Source: Gemmatimonadota bacterium
GTDB taxonomy: Bacteria; Gemmatimonadota; Gemmatimonadetes; Palauibacterales; Palauibacteraceae
Assembly: GCA_029262175.1 (NCBI GenBank)
Contig: JAJCZV010000099.1
Coordinates: 35,561-99,560, forward strand
DNA: 64,000 nucleotides
Direction of reading: 5' to 3'
The notes beneath the pieces are model-generated. The model searched no databases, had not been told where the DNA came from, and was given only the letters and a program-made list of their open reading frames with translations. Both the position numbers and the translations under genes were made by a program. Below are positions 39,514 to 48,410 of this stretch, piece after piece (within the stretch, counting starts at the first letter, position 1; the number at the start of each line of letters is the position of its first letter).

Positions 39514-39882
39514 ATGAACGACCGAGAGCGGATCTTCGAGAAGGCTGAGGAGCTTGGCCGCGTCATCTCGCAGGTCCCGGAGTTCGCCTATCTCCAGGCG
39601 GCGCACCGGGACATCGGCGAGGACCGCGAAGCCACCGAAATGTTGAACAAGCTCCGGGCGCTCCAAGAGACGTTGCTCGAATCGGTGGGTCGAGGTGAGG
39701 AGCCGAGTCCTGAACAAGAGCAAGAGTTCGGCGAGTTACAGGAGAGGATTCAAACCAGTACTCGTTACCAGGCGCTGATCTCGTCGCAGGCGAATTTCGA
39801 CAAGCTGATGGAGCGCGTGCATCAGGCCATCGGTGAAGGGATCCGGAAGGGTGAGGAGAGTCGGATTATCCTTCCGTCATGA
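39514..39882 (+). CDS. YlbF/YmcA-like (UPF0342/DUF964) small helical protein
   Basis: About 120-aa all-helical protein with the EAxEMLxKLRALQE...QEQEFGELQERI pattern resembling YlbF family regulators. ATGA overlap with the next gene. Confidence 0.5.
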   Translation: MNDRERIFEKAEELGRVISQVPEFAYLQAAHRDIGEDREATEMLNKLRALQETLLESVGRGEEPSPEQEQEFGELQERIQTSTRYQALISSQANFDKLMERVHQAIGEGIRKGEESRIILPS

Positions 39883-40541
39883 AGAAAATCCGTGACCTCG
39901 GCGAACGAGCGCTACGTGCGGTCTTCGAACCGGTCATGGCGTGGCTTACCAAGCACCGCGTCCATCCCAACATCATCAGTACGCTCGGGTTCGTGATCAC
40001 GTGTAGCTCTGGATTTTTCTTCCAACAGCACCACGCCAGCACGGCCGGGGCCCTGATCTTGTTGGGCGGCGTGTTCGACATTTTCGATGGCACCGTCGCT
40101 CGGCGAACCGGACTGGCTTCCTCTTTTGGCGCGTTCTACGATTCGACGCTCGACCGTCTATCCGAGATCGTCGTCTATTTGGGACTGCTCTCGCTCTACA
40201 ACGACTATCGTCTCGAGGGTGGCGACGTGGCGATGATCTATTGGATTTCGCTCGCGATGGCCGGCTCGATCATGATCAGCTACACGAGGGCGCGGGCAGA
40301 GGCGCTTGGAATCGATTGTTATGTCGGCCTCATGCAGCGTCCTGAGCGCGTACTCCTCATCGGCTGCGCGGCGCTGATCTTTGGCGAGACCACGATGCTC
40401 GGGCAGCAAGGGTTGGTGCTCAAGGTCGTGATCATCGTCTTGGCCGTACTCACGAATCTCACCGCCTTCCAGAGAATCTGGTGGGTGTATAGAGAGACTC
40501 GCCCCGATGGCGAGCCCAAACCAAAAGAAACGCAGCAATAG
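39879..40541 (+). CDS. CDP-alcohol phosphatidyltransferase family membrane protein, likely phosphatidylinositol(-phosphate) synthase
   Basis: DGTVARRTGLASSFGAFYDSTLDRLSE matches D-G-x2-A-R-x8-G-x3-D-x3-D. Multiple TM helices. Adjacent to inositol-3-phosphate synthase. Confidence 0.7.
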   Translation: MKKIRDLGERALRAVFEPVMAWLTKHRVHPNIISTLGFVITCSSGFFFQQHHASTAGALILLGGVFDIFDGTVARRTGLASSFGAFYDSTLDRLSEIVVYLGLLSLYNDYRLEGGDVAMIYWISLAMAGSIMISYTRARAEALGIDCYVGLMQRPERVLLIGCAALIFGETTMLGQQGLVLKVVIIVLAVLTNLTAFQRIWWVYRETRPDGEPKPKETQQ

Positions 40542-41880
40542 ACCGGAGCGAATTCGCAAAGTGGACAATAGATCGCCTGACCAGATTGCAGCCGCCGACG
40601 GCAAACTCGGGGTCCTCCTCGTAGGACTCGGGGCGGTGTCGACCACGTTTATCGCCGGCGTGGAAGCCGCCCGCCGGGGCTTGAACCGACCCATCGGCTC
40701 GCTCACCCAAATGGCCACGATTCGGCTGGGTAAACGGACCGACACCAACACGCCCTTGATCAGAGACTTCGTTCCTCTCGCGGGTCTCGATGATCTCGTG
40801 TTCGGCGCGTGGGATCCCATTCCGGACAATGCGTACAAGTCCGCGCAGGTCTGCGGTGTGCTTCGGCCCGAGGACATCGGGCCGCTCGAGGACTTCATGA
40901 GCGGCATCGTTCCCATGACGGCCGCCTTCGACACCGACTATGTCAAGAAACTCGACGGTCCCAACGTGAAGACGGGGGCGAACAAGCGGGAGCTCGCCGA
41001 CCAGATACGCGAGGACATTCGTCGCTTCAAAGAAGAGAACGGATGCGACCGACTCGTCATGGTCTGGGCCGCGTCAACGGAGATCTTTCTCAAGGCGACC
41101 CACGTGCACGCCTCGATCGAGGCGTTCGAGGCGGCGATGGAAGCAAACGATCCGGCCATCGCGCCGTCCATGCTGTACGCCTGGGCCGCCCTCAGGGAGG
41201 GCGTACCATTTGCAAACGGGGCCCCCAACCTCACGATCGACATGCCAGCCATGACCGCACTCGCGGCCGAGAACTCGACTCCGATTTGTGGCCGGGATTT
41301 CAAGACCGGCCAGACGCTGCTGAAGACCATCATCGCGCCGGGCCTCAAGGCTCGCATGCTCGGGTTGAGTGGCTGGTTCTCGACCAACATCCTCGGCAAC
41401 CGAGATGGCGAAGTGTTGGACGATCCGGAGAGTTTCAAGACCAAAGAAGAGTCAAAACTCGGAGCGCTCGAACATATTCTGCAGCCCGACCTGTACCCCG
41501 AGTTGTACGGCGACATGTACCACAAGGTGCGGATCAACTATTACCCGCCTCGCGGAGACAACAAAGAGGGTTGGGACAACCTCGATATCTTCGGATGGAT
41601 GGGATACGACATGCAGATCAAGATCGATTTTCTCTGCCGCGACTCGATCTTGGCAGCGCCGATCGTACTCGATCTCGCGCTCTTTCTCGATTTAGCGCAG
41701 CGAGCGGGTCTCTCGGGGGTGCAGGAGTGGCTGTCGTTCTACTTCAAGGCGCCGCAGACCGCGGCGGGTCTGTATCCGGAGCACGATATCTTTATCCAAC
41801 AATGGAAGCTGAAGAACACGCTTCGCTGGTTGATGGGTCAAGATCTGATTACCCACCTAGGCCAAGAATACTACGACTGA
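40507..41880 (+). CDS. myo-Inositol-3-phosphate synthase (INO1 family)
   Basis: LGVLLVGLGAVSTTFIAG Rossmann start. NGAPNLT, SGQTLLKT. C-terminal INO1 catalytic blocks. The 35-nt overlap with the upstream gene leaves the true start uncertain. Confidence 0.8.
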   Translation: MASPNQKKRSNRPERIRKVDNRSPDQIAAADGKLGVLLVGLGAVSTTFIAGVEAARRGLNRPIGSLTQMATIRLGKRTDTNTPLIRDFVPLAGLDDLVFGAWDPIPDNAYKSAQVCGVLRPEDIGPLEDFMSGIVPMTAAFDTDYVKKLDGPNVKTGANKRELADQIREDIRRFKEENGCDRLVMVWAASTEIFLKATHVHASIEAFEAAMEANDPAIAPSMLYAWAALREGVPFANGAPNLTIDMPAMTALAAENSTPICGRDFKTGQTLLKTIIAPGLKARMLGLSGWFSTNILGNRDGEVLDDPESFKTKEESKLGALEHILQPDLYPELYGDMYHKVRINYYPPRGDNKEGWDNLDIFGWMGYDMQIKIDFLCRDSILAAPIVLDLALFLDLAQRAGLSGVQEWLSFYFKAPQTAAGLYPEHDIFIQQWKLKNTLRWLMGQDLITHLGQEYYD

Positions 41881-42002
41881 ATCGCTGCGATCATTGGCCC
41901 AGCTCGGCGTTGCGCTCCTCGCCGCTTCTTGCGGCGTACGAAGAGTACGCCTCGGTCGCGGGTCGTTCGCGCGCCTTGATCTGGGCCAATTCTCTTTGCG
42001 AT
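41881..42002. repeat. Nested inverted-repeat element: 10-bp perfect IR ATTGGCCCAG/CTGGGCCAAT (41893-41902 / 41981-41990) enclosing three small hairpins
   Basis: Inner hairpins cgccgc-ttctt-gcggcg and cgtac-gaaga-gtacg. Outer ATCGC...GCGAT. Located between the INO1 stop and the tmk start. Confidence 0.4.
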
Positions 42003-42050
42003 TCCCCAAGCAGCCAGGCGACGGCGCGGCTCCTCGTGGGGTGACGTAAC

Positions 42051-42692
42051 GTGACCGACGCCGCTGCGCCGTTTGTCGCGCTCGAGGGGCCGGAGGGGGC
42101 GGGGAAGTCTCTTCTCCTTTCCGCGTTGGCGGAGGATTTGTTGACGCGAGGCGTCCCGCATCTGATTACGCGGGAGCCGGGCGGGACCCCCACGGGCGAA
42201 GCGTTGCGGGAACACATCTGGAAACGGCCGGACCTCTCCATCGATGGCATCACGGAGCTGCTGCTTCTTTCGGCGGCCCGTCACGCGCATATGCGCGAGG
42301 TCATTCGCCCGGCCCTCGAACGTGGCGAGGTCGTGATCACGGACCGCTTCGAGTTGTCGACACGCGTGTATCAGGGCTTTGGTCGCGGCGTGGACCTAGG
42401 CGTCATCTCGTCGGTCACGAGCATCGCGGTGGAGAACCGATTCCCGGATCTCTACGTGATCCTCGATGTCGATCCGCAGGTCGGAAAACAGCGCCAAAGC
42501 GCGGCCGGGCTCACCCCGGATCGGATCGAGCGCGAGGATCTGGAGTTCATGCTCCGGGTCCGCGAGGGCTACCGGACCGTGGCCGCGGAGGAGGAAGGCG
42601 CGGTGCTGGTGGATGCCAGCAACAGCGCCGCATCGGTCCATCGAGACGTCTTTTCCTTGCTCCGGAAACGCTTTCCGCATTTCTGGGGCTGA
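42051..42692 (+). CDS. tmk: Thymidylate kinase
   Basis: P-loop FVALEGPEGAGKS. DRF/LID region. About 213 aa. GTG start. Confidence 0.85.
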   Translation: MTDAAAPFVALEGPEGAGKSLLLSALAEDLLTRGVPHLITREPGGTPTGEALREHIWKRPDLSIDGITELLLLSAARHAHMREVIRPALERGEVVITDRFELSTRVYQGFGRGVDLGVISSVTSIAVENRFPDLYVILDVDPQVGKQRQSAAGLTPDRIEREDLEFMLRVREGYRTVAAEEEGAVLVDASNSAASVHRDVFSLLRKRFPHFWG

Positions 42693-42818
42693 CCAGACGA
42701 AACTTTCGCCACCGACGAGGGGTTACGACATTGGGAAGGGCCCTTGCGCGTGACGGTCCGGAATCTGCCCAAAAACCAGCGGTCACCTGCTCGTGGCGGG
42801 GCGCAACACGGAGGAAGC

Positions 42819-44471
42819 ATGAAAGCGGAGCGATCGTGGACGACAGCGCTGGTGATCGGCGTCATCACTCTCACGAGCGGTGGCTGGCTGATCAATCAGG
42901 GCGCGACGGGCGGTGCGGTGGAGAGTCGGCGGCTTCTGGACGAAGTCCACCGGCTGATCACGGATCGCTTCGTGGATGAGGTTTCGCCGGATTCGCTGTA
43001 TCAAATGGCGATCGATGGAATGATTCGAGAGTTGGGCGACCCCTACACCAACTTCCTCGATCCGCGAGAGTGGGAGGACATCCGCTACAGCACGACGGGG
43101 AACTACGGCGGTCTCGGCGTCCGAATCAACGCCCAGGACGGCTGGATCACGGTCGTTCAGGTTCTTCCGAACTCGCCCGCGCTGGAGGAAGGCCTCTCCG
43201 TCGGCGATCGAATCATGGAAGTCGAAGGCGAGTCCGCCGAGGGCTGGAGCCAGGACAGAGCGGTTAGCGTACTCCGCGGACCCAAGGGCGCCCCGGTCAA
43301 CATCACCATCGGCCGAGTCGGCGTCGATTTGCCGTTGGCCTATCGGATCGTGCGTGGCGAGATCCAGGTACGGCAGTCCGAAGGCTTCATGATGGAAGGC
43401 GACATCGGGTTCGTAACCCTGATCGGGTTCACGCGTCAGGCGCAGGAAGAACTCGTTGAGAGCATTGATGCGCTCCTCGAACAAGGGGCGCGCGGGCTGA
43501 TCTTGGATCTCCGCGGCAACCCCGGTGGCCTTCTCGAAGAGGGCATTCAAGTCACCGATCTGTTTCTCGATGCCGGGACGGAAGTGGTGGAGACGCGATC
43601 TCGCTTGCCGGACCAGAATTACGTCTATCACGCGCCGTCCAAGGAACGGTATCCGGACGTCCCGATCGTGGTTCTGTCCGACGGACGGAGCGCGAGCGCG
43701 TCCGAGATCGTGGCTGGCGCGCTTCAGGACCATGACCGGGCGGTCGTTGTCGGTACCACCAGTTTCGGCAAAGGCTCTGTCCAAACGCTGTATGGTCTGA
43801 CCGGCGAAGCCTACATCAAGATCACGACTGCCCGCTGGTTCACGCCGGTCGGGCGCTCGATCTCTCGGAAGTTCGACCGCGACCAGGCCATGAGGAATTT
43901 TGTGGCAAGCGCGGTTTCGATTTCGGGCGATCCGGTCGCGCCGGTTACAGAAGAAGCAGCCGAGCGCGAGAGCTTTCTAACGGATGGTGGGCGTACGGTC
44001 TACGGCGGTGGCGGTATCACGCCAGATCTCGTCGTCTTCCAGGATACGTTGACGACCGACGAGCAGGAGTTCCGACGGGTTTCCACCGGTGGCGGCGCCA
44101 TGCCGAGAAACGTGGTCTTCCGCTGGGCAGTCGAATGGGCGCAGCAGCATGACGTGCGCGAGGGCTTCGAAGTGACTCAGGCTATGCGCGACGCGGTGTT
44201 CGCGAAGCTGGAAGAAGCGGAGTCGGGCGTGAGTCGATCGTTGTTTGATCGGTCTCAAAACTACGTGGACTGGCTGATCGCAACGCAGTTGTCCGGCGCG
44301 GAACACGGGAACGTCGCGCAGTTGAGAAGTCAGTCGATACGCGATGCGCAAGTCAGGGTCGCGTTGGACCTACTCCAAAAATCCGACACGCCTGCCCGTC
44401 TCTTGGCGCTCGCATCGGCGGAAGCCGAACAACGTGCGGCGGCGATGTCGACAGAAGGCGATAACCGCTAG
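42819..44471 (+). CDS. S41 family C-terminal processing peptidase with PDZ domain
   Basis: PDZ (GGLGVRINAQDGWITVVQVLPNSPA...GDRIMEVEG). S41 catalytic blocks (GRSASASEIVAGAL, TTSFGKGSVQT). N-terminal TM/signal. Start at the Met preceded by ggagga. Confidence 0.85.
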   Translation: MKAERSWTTALVIGVITLTSGGWLINQGATGGAVESRRLLDEVHRLITDRFVDEVSPDSLYQMAIDGMIRELGDPYTNFLDPREWEDIRYSTTGNYGGLGVRINAQDGWITVVQVLPNSPALEEGLSVGDRIMEVEGESAEGWSQDRAVSVLRGPKGAPVNITIGRVGVDLPLAYRIVRGEIQVRQSEGFMMEGDIGFVTLIGFTRQAQEELVESIDALLEQGARGLILDLRGNPGGLLEEGIQVTDLFLDAGTEVVETRSRLPDQNYVYHAPSKERYPDVPIVVLSDGRSASASEIVAGALQDHDRAVVVGTTSFGKGSVQTLYGLTGEAYIKITTARWFTPVGRSISRKFDRDQAMRNFVASAVSISGDPVAPVTEEAAERESFLTDGGRTVYGGGGITPDLVVFQDTLTTDEQEFRRVSTGGGAMPRNVVFRWAVEWAQQHDVREGFEVTQAMRDAVFAKLEEAESGVSRSLFDRSQNYVDWLIATQLSGAEHGNVAQLRSQSIRDAQVRVALDLLQKSDTPARLLALASAEAEQRAAAMSTEGDNR

Positions 44472-44533
44472 GAAGCTTGTGGTACCCTGACGGCCGGACC
44501 GACAAGGTCCGTCCCAGCAACGGAGACGTTCAA

Positions 44534-44968
44534 ATGAAGCGACGGGCGATGCGACTCGACTTTGCGGTGGCGCTGTTCCTGTCTTCGACGCTGTGGACGG
44601 CGTGCGCAAGCGGAGGTGGGCGACCCGGAACGTTTACTGGTCTGGAGATCGCCGGTGACGAGATACGGGAAGTCGGCTATGAGACGGCCTATGAAGCGCT
44701 GACGCACCACCGAGAGATGATCATCTTCGGTGGCGAGTTGGGCTTCAAGGGAGCGAACGAAGATGCGTTCGGCAAAGACGCGGAAGAATGGTTTGTTCCG
44801 ATGTTGGTCGTCGACGGTAATTTCAATCAGAATGACACGGTCACGACGCTCCGTCATATCACTGCGGAACAGATATTGACGATTCGACTTTTCAAGACGA
44901 GCATGGTGCCGCCGGTATACAGAAGACCGCAGGCTCGCGGTGGCGTCATCGAGGTTACGACGCGATAA
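44534..44968 (+). CDS. Small secreted protein with TonB-dependent-receptor plug-like C-terminal motif
   Basis: Signal peptide MKRRAMRLDFAVALFLSSTLWTACA. C-terminal PMLVVDGNFNQND...LRHITAEQILTIRLFKTSMVPPVYRRPQARGGVIEVTTR resembles the Plug-domain consensus (vlvlvDG..., ippe-IerIEVlkG, GGVINIiTK). Confidence 0.4.
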   Translation: MKRRAMRLDFAVALFLSSTLWTACASGGGRPGTFTGLEIAGDEIREVGYETAYEALTHHREMIIFGGELGFKGANEDAFGKDAEEWFVPMLVVDGNFNQNDTVTTLRHITAEQILTIRLFKTSMVPPVYRRPQARGGVIEVTTR

Positions 44969-45056
44969 CGCCCCCGCAGTGCCGTTTACCGACCCTCCGG
45001 CGGATCGCCGCCGGGGGGTTTTTGTTTTCAGTCGTCCAAAGGAAACGCCAAGCCGC

Positions 45057-45722
45057 GTGACGGACTACGAGCCGCGCGAACGCGTTTTGATCTTCGGGCG
45101 CTTACCGGAGACGGGGACCACGAAGACCCGCCTCGCGCCCGCGTTGGGTGAGGCCGGCGCGGCCGCGCTCTATCGCGCCTTTCTGGACGATACGATCGCG
45201 GCGTCCCCGTCTGACGTGAGCCTCGAGTTGTGGGTACCCGACCGCCCCGAAGCCGTAGAAAAATTATCGATGCGCTACCCGGACGTTCAGGTGCGGCTAC
45301 AGTCGGAGGGATCTTTGGGGGAGAAGCTGGCGGACGCGTTCGAGCGAACCTTCTCTGACGGAGTCGACTACGTGGTCATCGTAGGGAGTGATCATCCGAC
45401 CTTGCCGACGGACCGCGTGCCTCGGGCACTACGAGCGCTTCGCGGCGCCCACCTCGTGCTCGGTCCCACGACCGACGGCGGGTACTACGCGATCGGTCTG
45501 CGCCGGTACGCTTGGCCCGGGGCGGCGGGTTTGTTCGAGGACGCACCCTGGTCGACGCCCGAACTGATCGAGTGGACCCGGACTCGCGCCGATCAGCTCG
45601 ATCTCTGTCATGTCGAACTTCCGGTGTGGTACGATGTCGACCGACCGGAGGACCTCGAGCGCATGAGGGCTGATCTTCGACCCGACTCCGCCACGGCGAT
45701 CGCATTGGAGGGCGTCGATTGA
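45057..45722 (+). CDS. DUF2064 / TIGR04282-like nucleotide-sugar-transferase-fold protein
   Basis: RVLIFGRLPETGTTKTRLAPALG...YVVIVGSDHPTLP...GPTTDGGYYAIGL pattern of DUF2064 (MobA-like fold). GTG start chosen to avoid a long overlap. Alternative ATG at 44940. Confidence 0.55.
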   Translation: MTDYEPRERVLIFGRLPETGTTKTRLAPALGEAGAAALYRAFLDDTIAASPSDVSLELWVPDRPEAVEKLSMRYPDVQVRLQSEGSLGEKLADAFERTFSDGVDYVVIVGSDHPTLPTDRVPRALRALRGAHLVLGPTTDGGYYAIGLRRYAWPGAAGLFEDAPWSTPELIEWTRTRADQLDLCHVELPVWYDVDRPEDLERMRADLRPDSATAIALEGVD

Positions 45723-46702
45723 GGGCCCTGGAAGTGGTTTTGGAACGGGGCGGGACCTCGGAATCGGAGCACATCGTCGATGGCATCGTGGTGCACCATG
45801 GATCCGGCGACGTCCGAGTGTTTGGCAACCCCGATGTGTCTTCTTTCTGGCGTTCCTCGATGAAGCCGTTTCAGTCGCTTCCGGCCGTGAACGCGAAAGT
45901 CCTGCCGGACCTGGGGCTCGGGGAAGAGGCACTCGCGCTGGCCTGCGCGTCGCATCACGGCACCCCCGCGCACACCGCGGTCGTGGACTCGATGCTTGCG
46001 GCGATGTCGTTGGGGGCCGACGCACTGGCCTGCGGTGCTCACCGCCCGGTCGACGAAGAATCTGCGCGAGCGCTCGATGCGGCGGGACGGTTACCAGGTC
46101 GCATCCACAACAACTGCTCCGGCAAGCACGCGGCAATGTTGGCGCTGTCGCAAGAGTGCGGCTGGTCGCTCGAGGGCTACCATGAATCCGCACACCCTCT
46201 ACAGGTGGTGATTCGGCAAGAACTCGGGCGCTGGATCGAGTCCGACCCGGATGTTCTGTCCTGGGGCATCGATGGGTGCGGCGTGCCGACCCCGTCGCTT
46301 CCCCTGAGGGAAATGGCTTATGCGTACGCTCGGTTCGGCGTCTCCGATGAGGCCGGACCACGCGCCGTTGTCAACGCGATGACGACGCACCCGAACTTGG
46401 TCTCCGGGAGGACGGCCTTCTCCTCGAACCTGATGAGTGCGACGGGAGGGCGAGTCCTCGGGAAGGAGGGCGCGGAGGGGGTGTTTTGTGTGGCGTGTCC
46501 CGGGAGCGCGTGGGGGGCAGCTTTCAAGGTCAGGGATGGGGCGATGCGCGCCCTCGGACCTGCGGTCCTGCGGGGTCTGGAGAGGTTGGACTTGATCGGA
46601 GCGGCCGAACTCGATCGCCTGCAGGCGTTTGTGCGAGTTTCCGTCCAAAACACCCGAGAAGAGGAGGTCGCGTCACTCTCGGCCGTGCAGCATGACGGAT
46701 AG
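45719..46702 (+). CDS. Asparaginase II (PF06089-like) family protein
   Basis: HNNCSGKHAAMLAL, GIDGCGVP, KEGAEGVFCVA blocks resembling the Rhizobium-type L-asparaginase II family. TTG start overlaps the upstream stop. Confidence 0.6.
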   Translation: MRALEVVLERGGTSESEHIVDGIVVHHGSGDVRVFGNPDVSSFWRSSMKPFQSLPAVNAKVLPDLGLGEEALALACASHHGTPAHTAVVDSMLAAMSLGADALACGAHRPVDEESARALDAAGRLPGRIHNNCSGKHAAMLALSQECGWSLEGYHESAHPLQVVIRQELGRWIESDPDVLSWGIDGCGVPTPSLPLREMAYAYARFGVSDEAGPRAVVNAMTTHPNLVSGRTAFSSNLMSATGGRVLGKEGAEGVFCVACPGSAWGAAFKVRDGAMRALGPAVLRGLERLDLIGAAELDRLQAFVRVSVQNTREEEVASLSAVQHDG

Positions 46703-47333
46703 GGTCGATCGCGAGAGGATCTCTGCGCTCACGAGTTTGGCAGCAGAGTTGGCGGGGGATTCGGAGTCGCGGTGGAGGGTCGCTCTGAAGCGCGCGGCCG
46801 AAGCTGCCCCGGTGGTCGAGATCGAAGAAGTCTTACTCCAGTCGCACCTCTTCGTCGGGTTTCCGGTGGTGCTGAACGCGTTCATGACTTGGCGCCAAAT
46901 GCAGCCGCGGGTCGAAGCCGACCCGGCCCCAAACGCGGCGGGGATGGAGGCGCGCCGGGTCGCGGGCGAGCAACTCTGTGCACGGGTCTACGGGAAGGCG
47001 TACGATCGGCTGCGTGAGAACGTTCGTGAACTGAGCCTCGATCTCGATCGCTGGATGATCGAGGACGGGTACGGAAAGACGTTGTCCCGGCCCGGGTTGC
47101 CCCCCGACGTTCGAGAGTTGTGCGTGGTCGCGCTTCTGGCTGCGGCCGGGCAAAGGCGGCAGTTGCGTTCGCATCTACGCGGCGCGCTCAACGTAGGGGC
47201 GAGTCCAGAATCAGTAGAGGCCGCCTTGCTGGTCGGCTGCCAGGTGGCGCGTGAGGCGATGGGGACCGAGGCGTTTGATGCGACCGAGGTTCTCATAGAG
47301 TGGCGGGAGATTCGGGAGCGTATCGGGACCTGA
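46692..47333 (+). CDS. Carboxymuconolactone decarboxylase (AhpD-like) family protein
   Basis: Two CMD-like helical repeats (LFVGFPVVLNAF...; LCVVALLAAAGQRRQLRSHLRGALNVGASPESVEAALL). 11-nt overlap with the upstream gene. Confidence 0.5.
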   Translation: MTDRVDRERISALTSLAAELAGDSESRWRVALKRAAEAAPVVEIEEVLLQSHLFVGFPVVLNAFMTWRQMQPRVEADPAPNAAGMEARRVAGEQLCARVYGKAYDRLRENVRELSLDLDRWMIEDGYGKTLSRPGLPPDVRELCVVALLAAAGQRRQLRSHLRGALNVGASPESVEAALLVGCQVAREAMGTEAFDATEVLIEWREIRERIGT

Positions 47334-47364
47334 AGAGGCTCGATCCAATCGGAGCGTAGGCATC

Positions 47365-48399
47365 GTGTTCGTCGATATTGCAAAAATCAGAGTCACGGCC
47401 GGGGCCGGCGGGGCCGGCGCGGCGGCGTTTCGTCGCGAGCACGGCGTGCCGCGCGGCGGACCGAGCGGAGCCAAAGGAGGCGACGGAGGTGACGTCATCC
47501 TTCGTGCGGATTCGAGGCTGGATACGCTCCTCGACTACTCCTACCGGGAGCACTACAAGGCGGAGCGAGCGGCACATGGCGAGGGCAAGAATCGCGTCGG
47601 CGCATCCGGGGACGATCTGATCTTGCCTGTGCCGCTGGGGACCCTGGTTCGAGACGCGGACACCGGCGAGCGCCTTGGAGAGCTGCTGGACGAAGGCGAT
47701 CAACTGGTGGTCGCCAAAGGAGGGCGCGGTGGCCGTGGGAACGCGAGCTTTGCTTCTGCAACGCATCAAGCGCCGCGCGAATGGGAGCCGGGTGCGTGGG
47801 GTGAGGAGCGGCGGATCGAACTCGAGCTAAAGCTGATCGCCGATGTGGGGCTGGTCGGAGAGCCCAATGCCGGGAAGTCGACCTTGCTGGCCCGAGTCAG
47901 CGCCGCGCGGCCGAAGATTGCGGACTATCCGTTCTCGACGCTGTCTCCGAATCTCGGAGTCGTTGGTTTGAGCGACGGTCGTTCGTTCGTGATCGCCGAC
48001 ATCCCCGGAATCGTCGAAGGGGCGCACGAAGGGCGAGGTCTGGGTACGCAGTTTCTGCGGCATATCGAGCGGACCAGAACACTCGCTCTCTTGGTTCCGA
48101 TGGACGTGGAGGATCCTCAAGCCGCGTACGGGTTGCTACGCGCGGAACTGCACGGGCACAACCACGCCCTATCGACCATTCCTCATTGCGTTCTCTTGAC
48201 CAAGGGCGACCTCGTGGCCACGCTCCCGGACACCGTCCTCGAGGCGCCGGAGGCATGGGGCGTGTTCCAGATCTCATCGGTGACGGGGGCGGGACTCGAC
48301 GTCGCCTTGGAGGGCCTCTGGGCCCACGTGCGAGCGGAGAAGGAGCGCGATGTCGGCGAGCAGGACCCCTTCGAGAACGTCGAAGGGTGGAGACCTTAG
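47365..48399 (+). CDS. obg: GTPase Obg/CgtA
   Basis: Gly-rich Obg fold (GGDGGDVIL). G1 GEPNAGKST. G3/G4 regions present. 344 aa. Confidence 0.9.
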   Translation: MFVDIAKIRVTAGAGGAGAAAFRREHGVPRGGPSGAKGGDGGDVILRADSRLDTLLDYSYREHYKAERAAHGEGKNRVGASGDDLILPVPLGTLVRDADTGERLGELLDEGDQLVVAKGGRGGRGNASFASATHQAPREWEPGAWGEERRIELELKLIADVGLVGEPNAGKSTLLARVSAARPKIADYPFSTLSPNLGVVGLSDGRSFVIADIPGIVEGAHEGRGLGTQFLRHIERTRTLALLVPMDVEDPQAAYGLLRAELHGHNHALSTIPHCVLLTKGDLVATLPDTVLEAPEAWGVFQISSVTGAGLDVALEGLWAHVRAEKERDVGEQDPFENVEGWRP

Positions 48400-48410
48400 C
48401 CCGTCGCGCG

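Noticed and set aside
41893-41990. Possible tRNA or tmRNA-like cloverleaf in the INO1-tmk spacer
   Set aside because: It has a 10-bp closing stem and is 98 nt long, with no D-loop or T-loop (GTTCRANYC) or anticodon-arm features. Kept only as a generic structured repeat.
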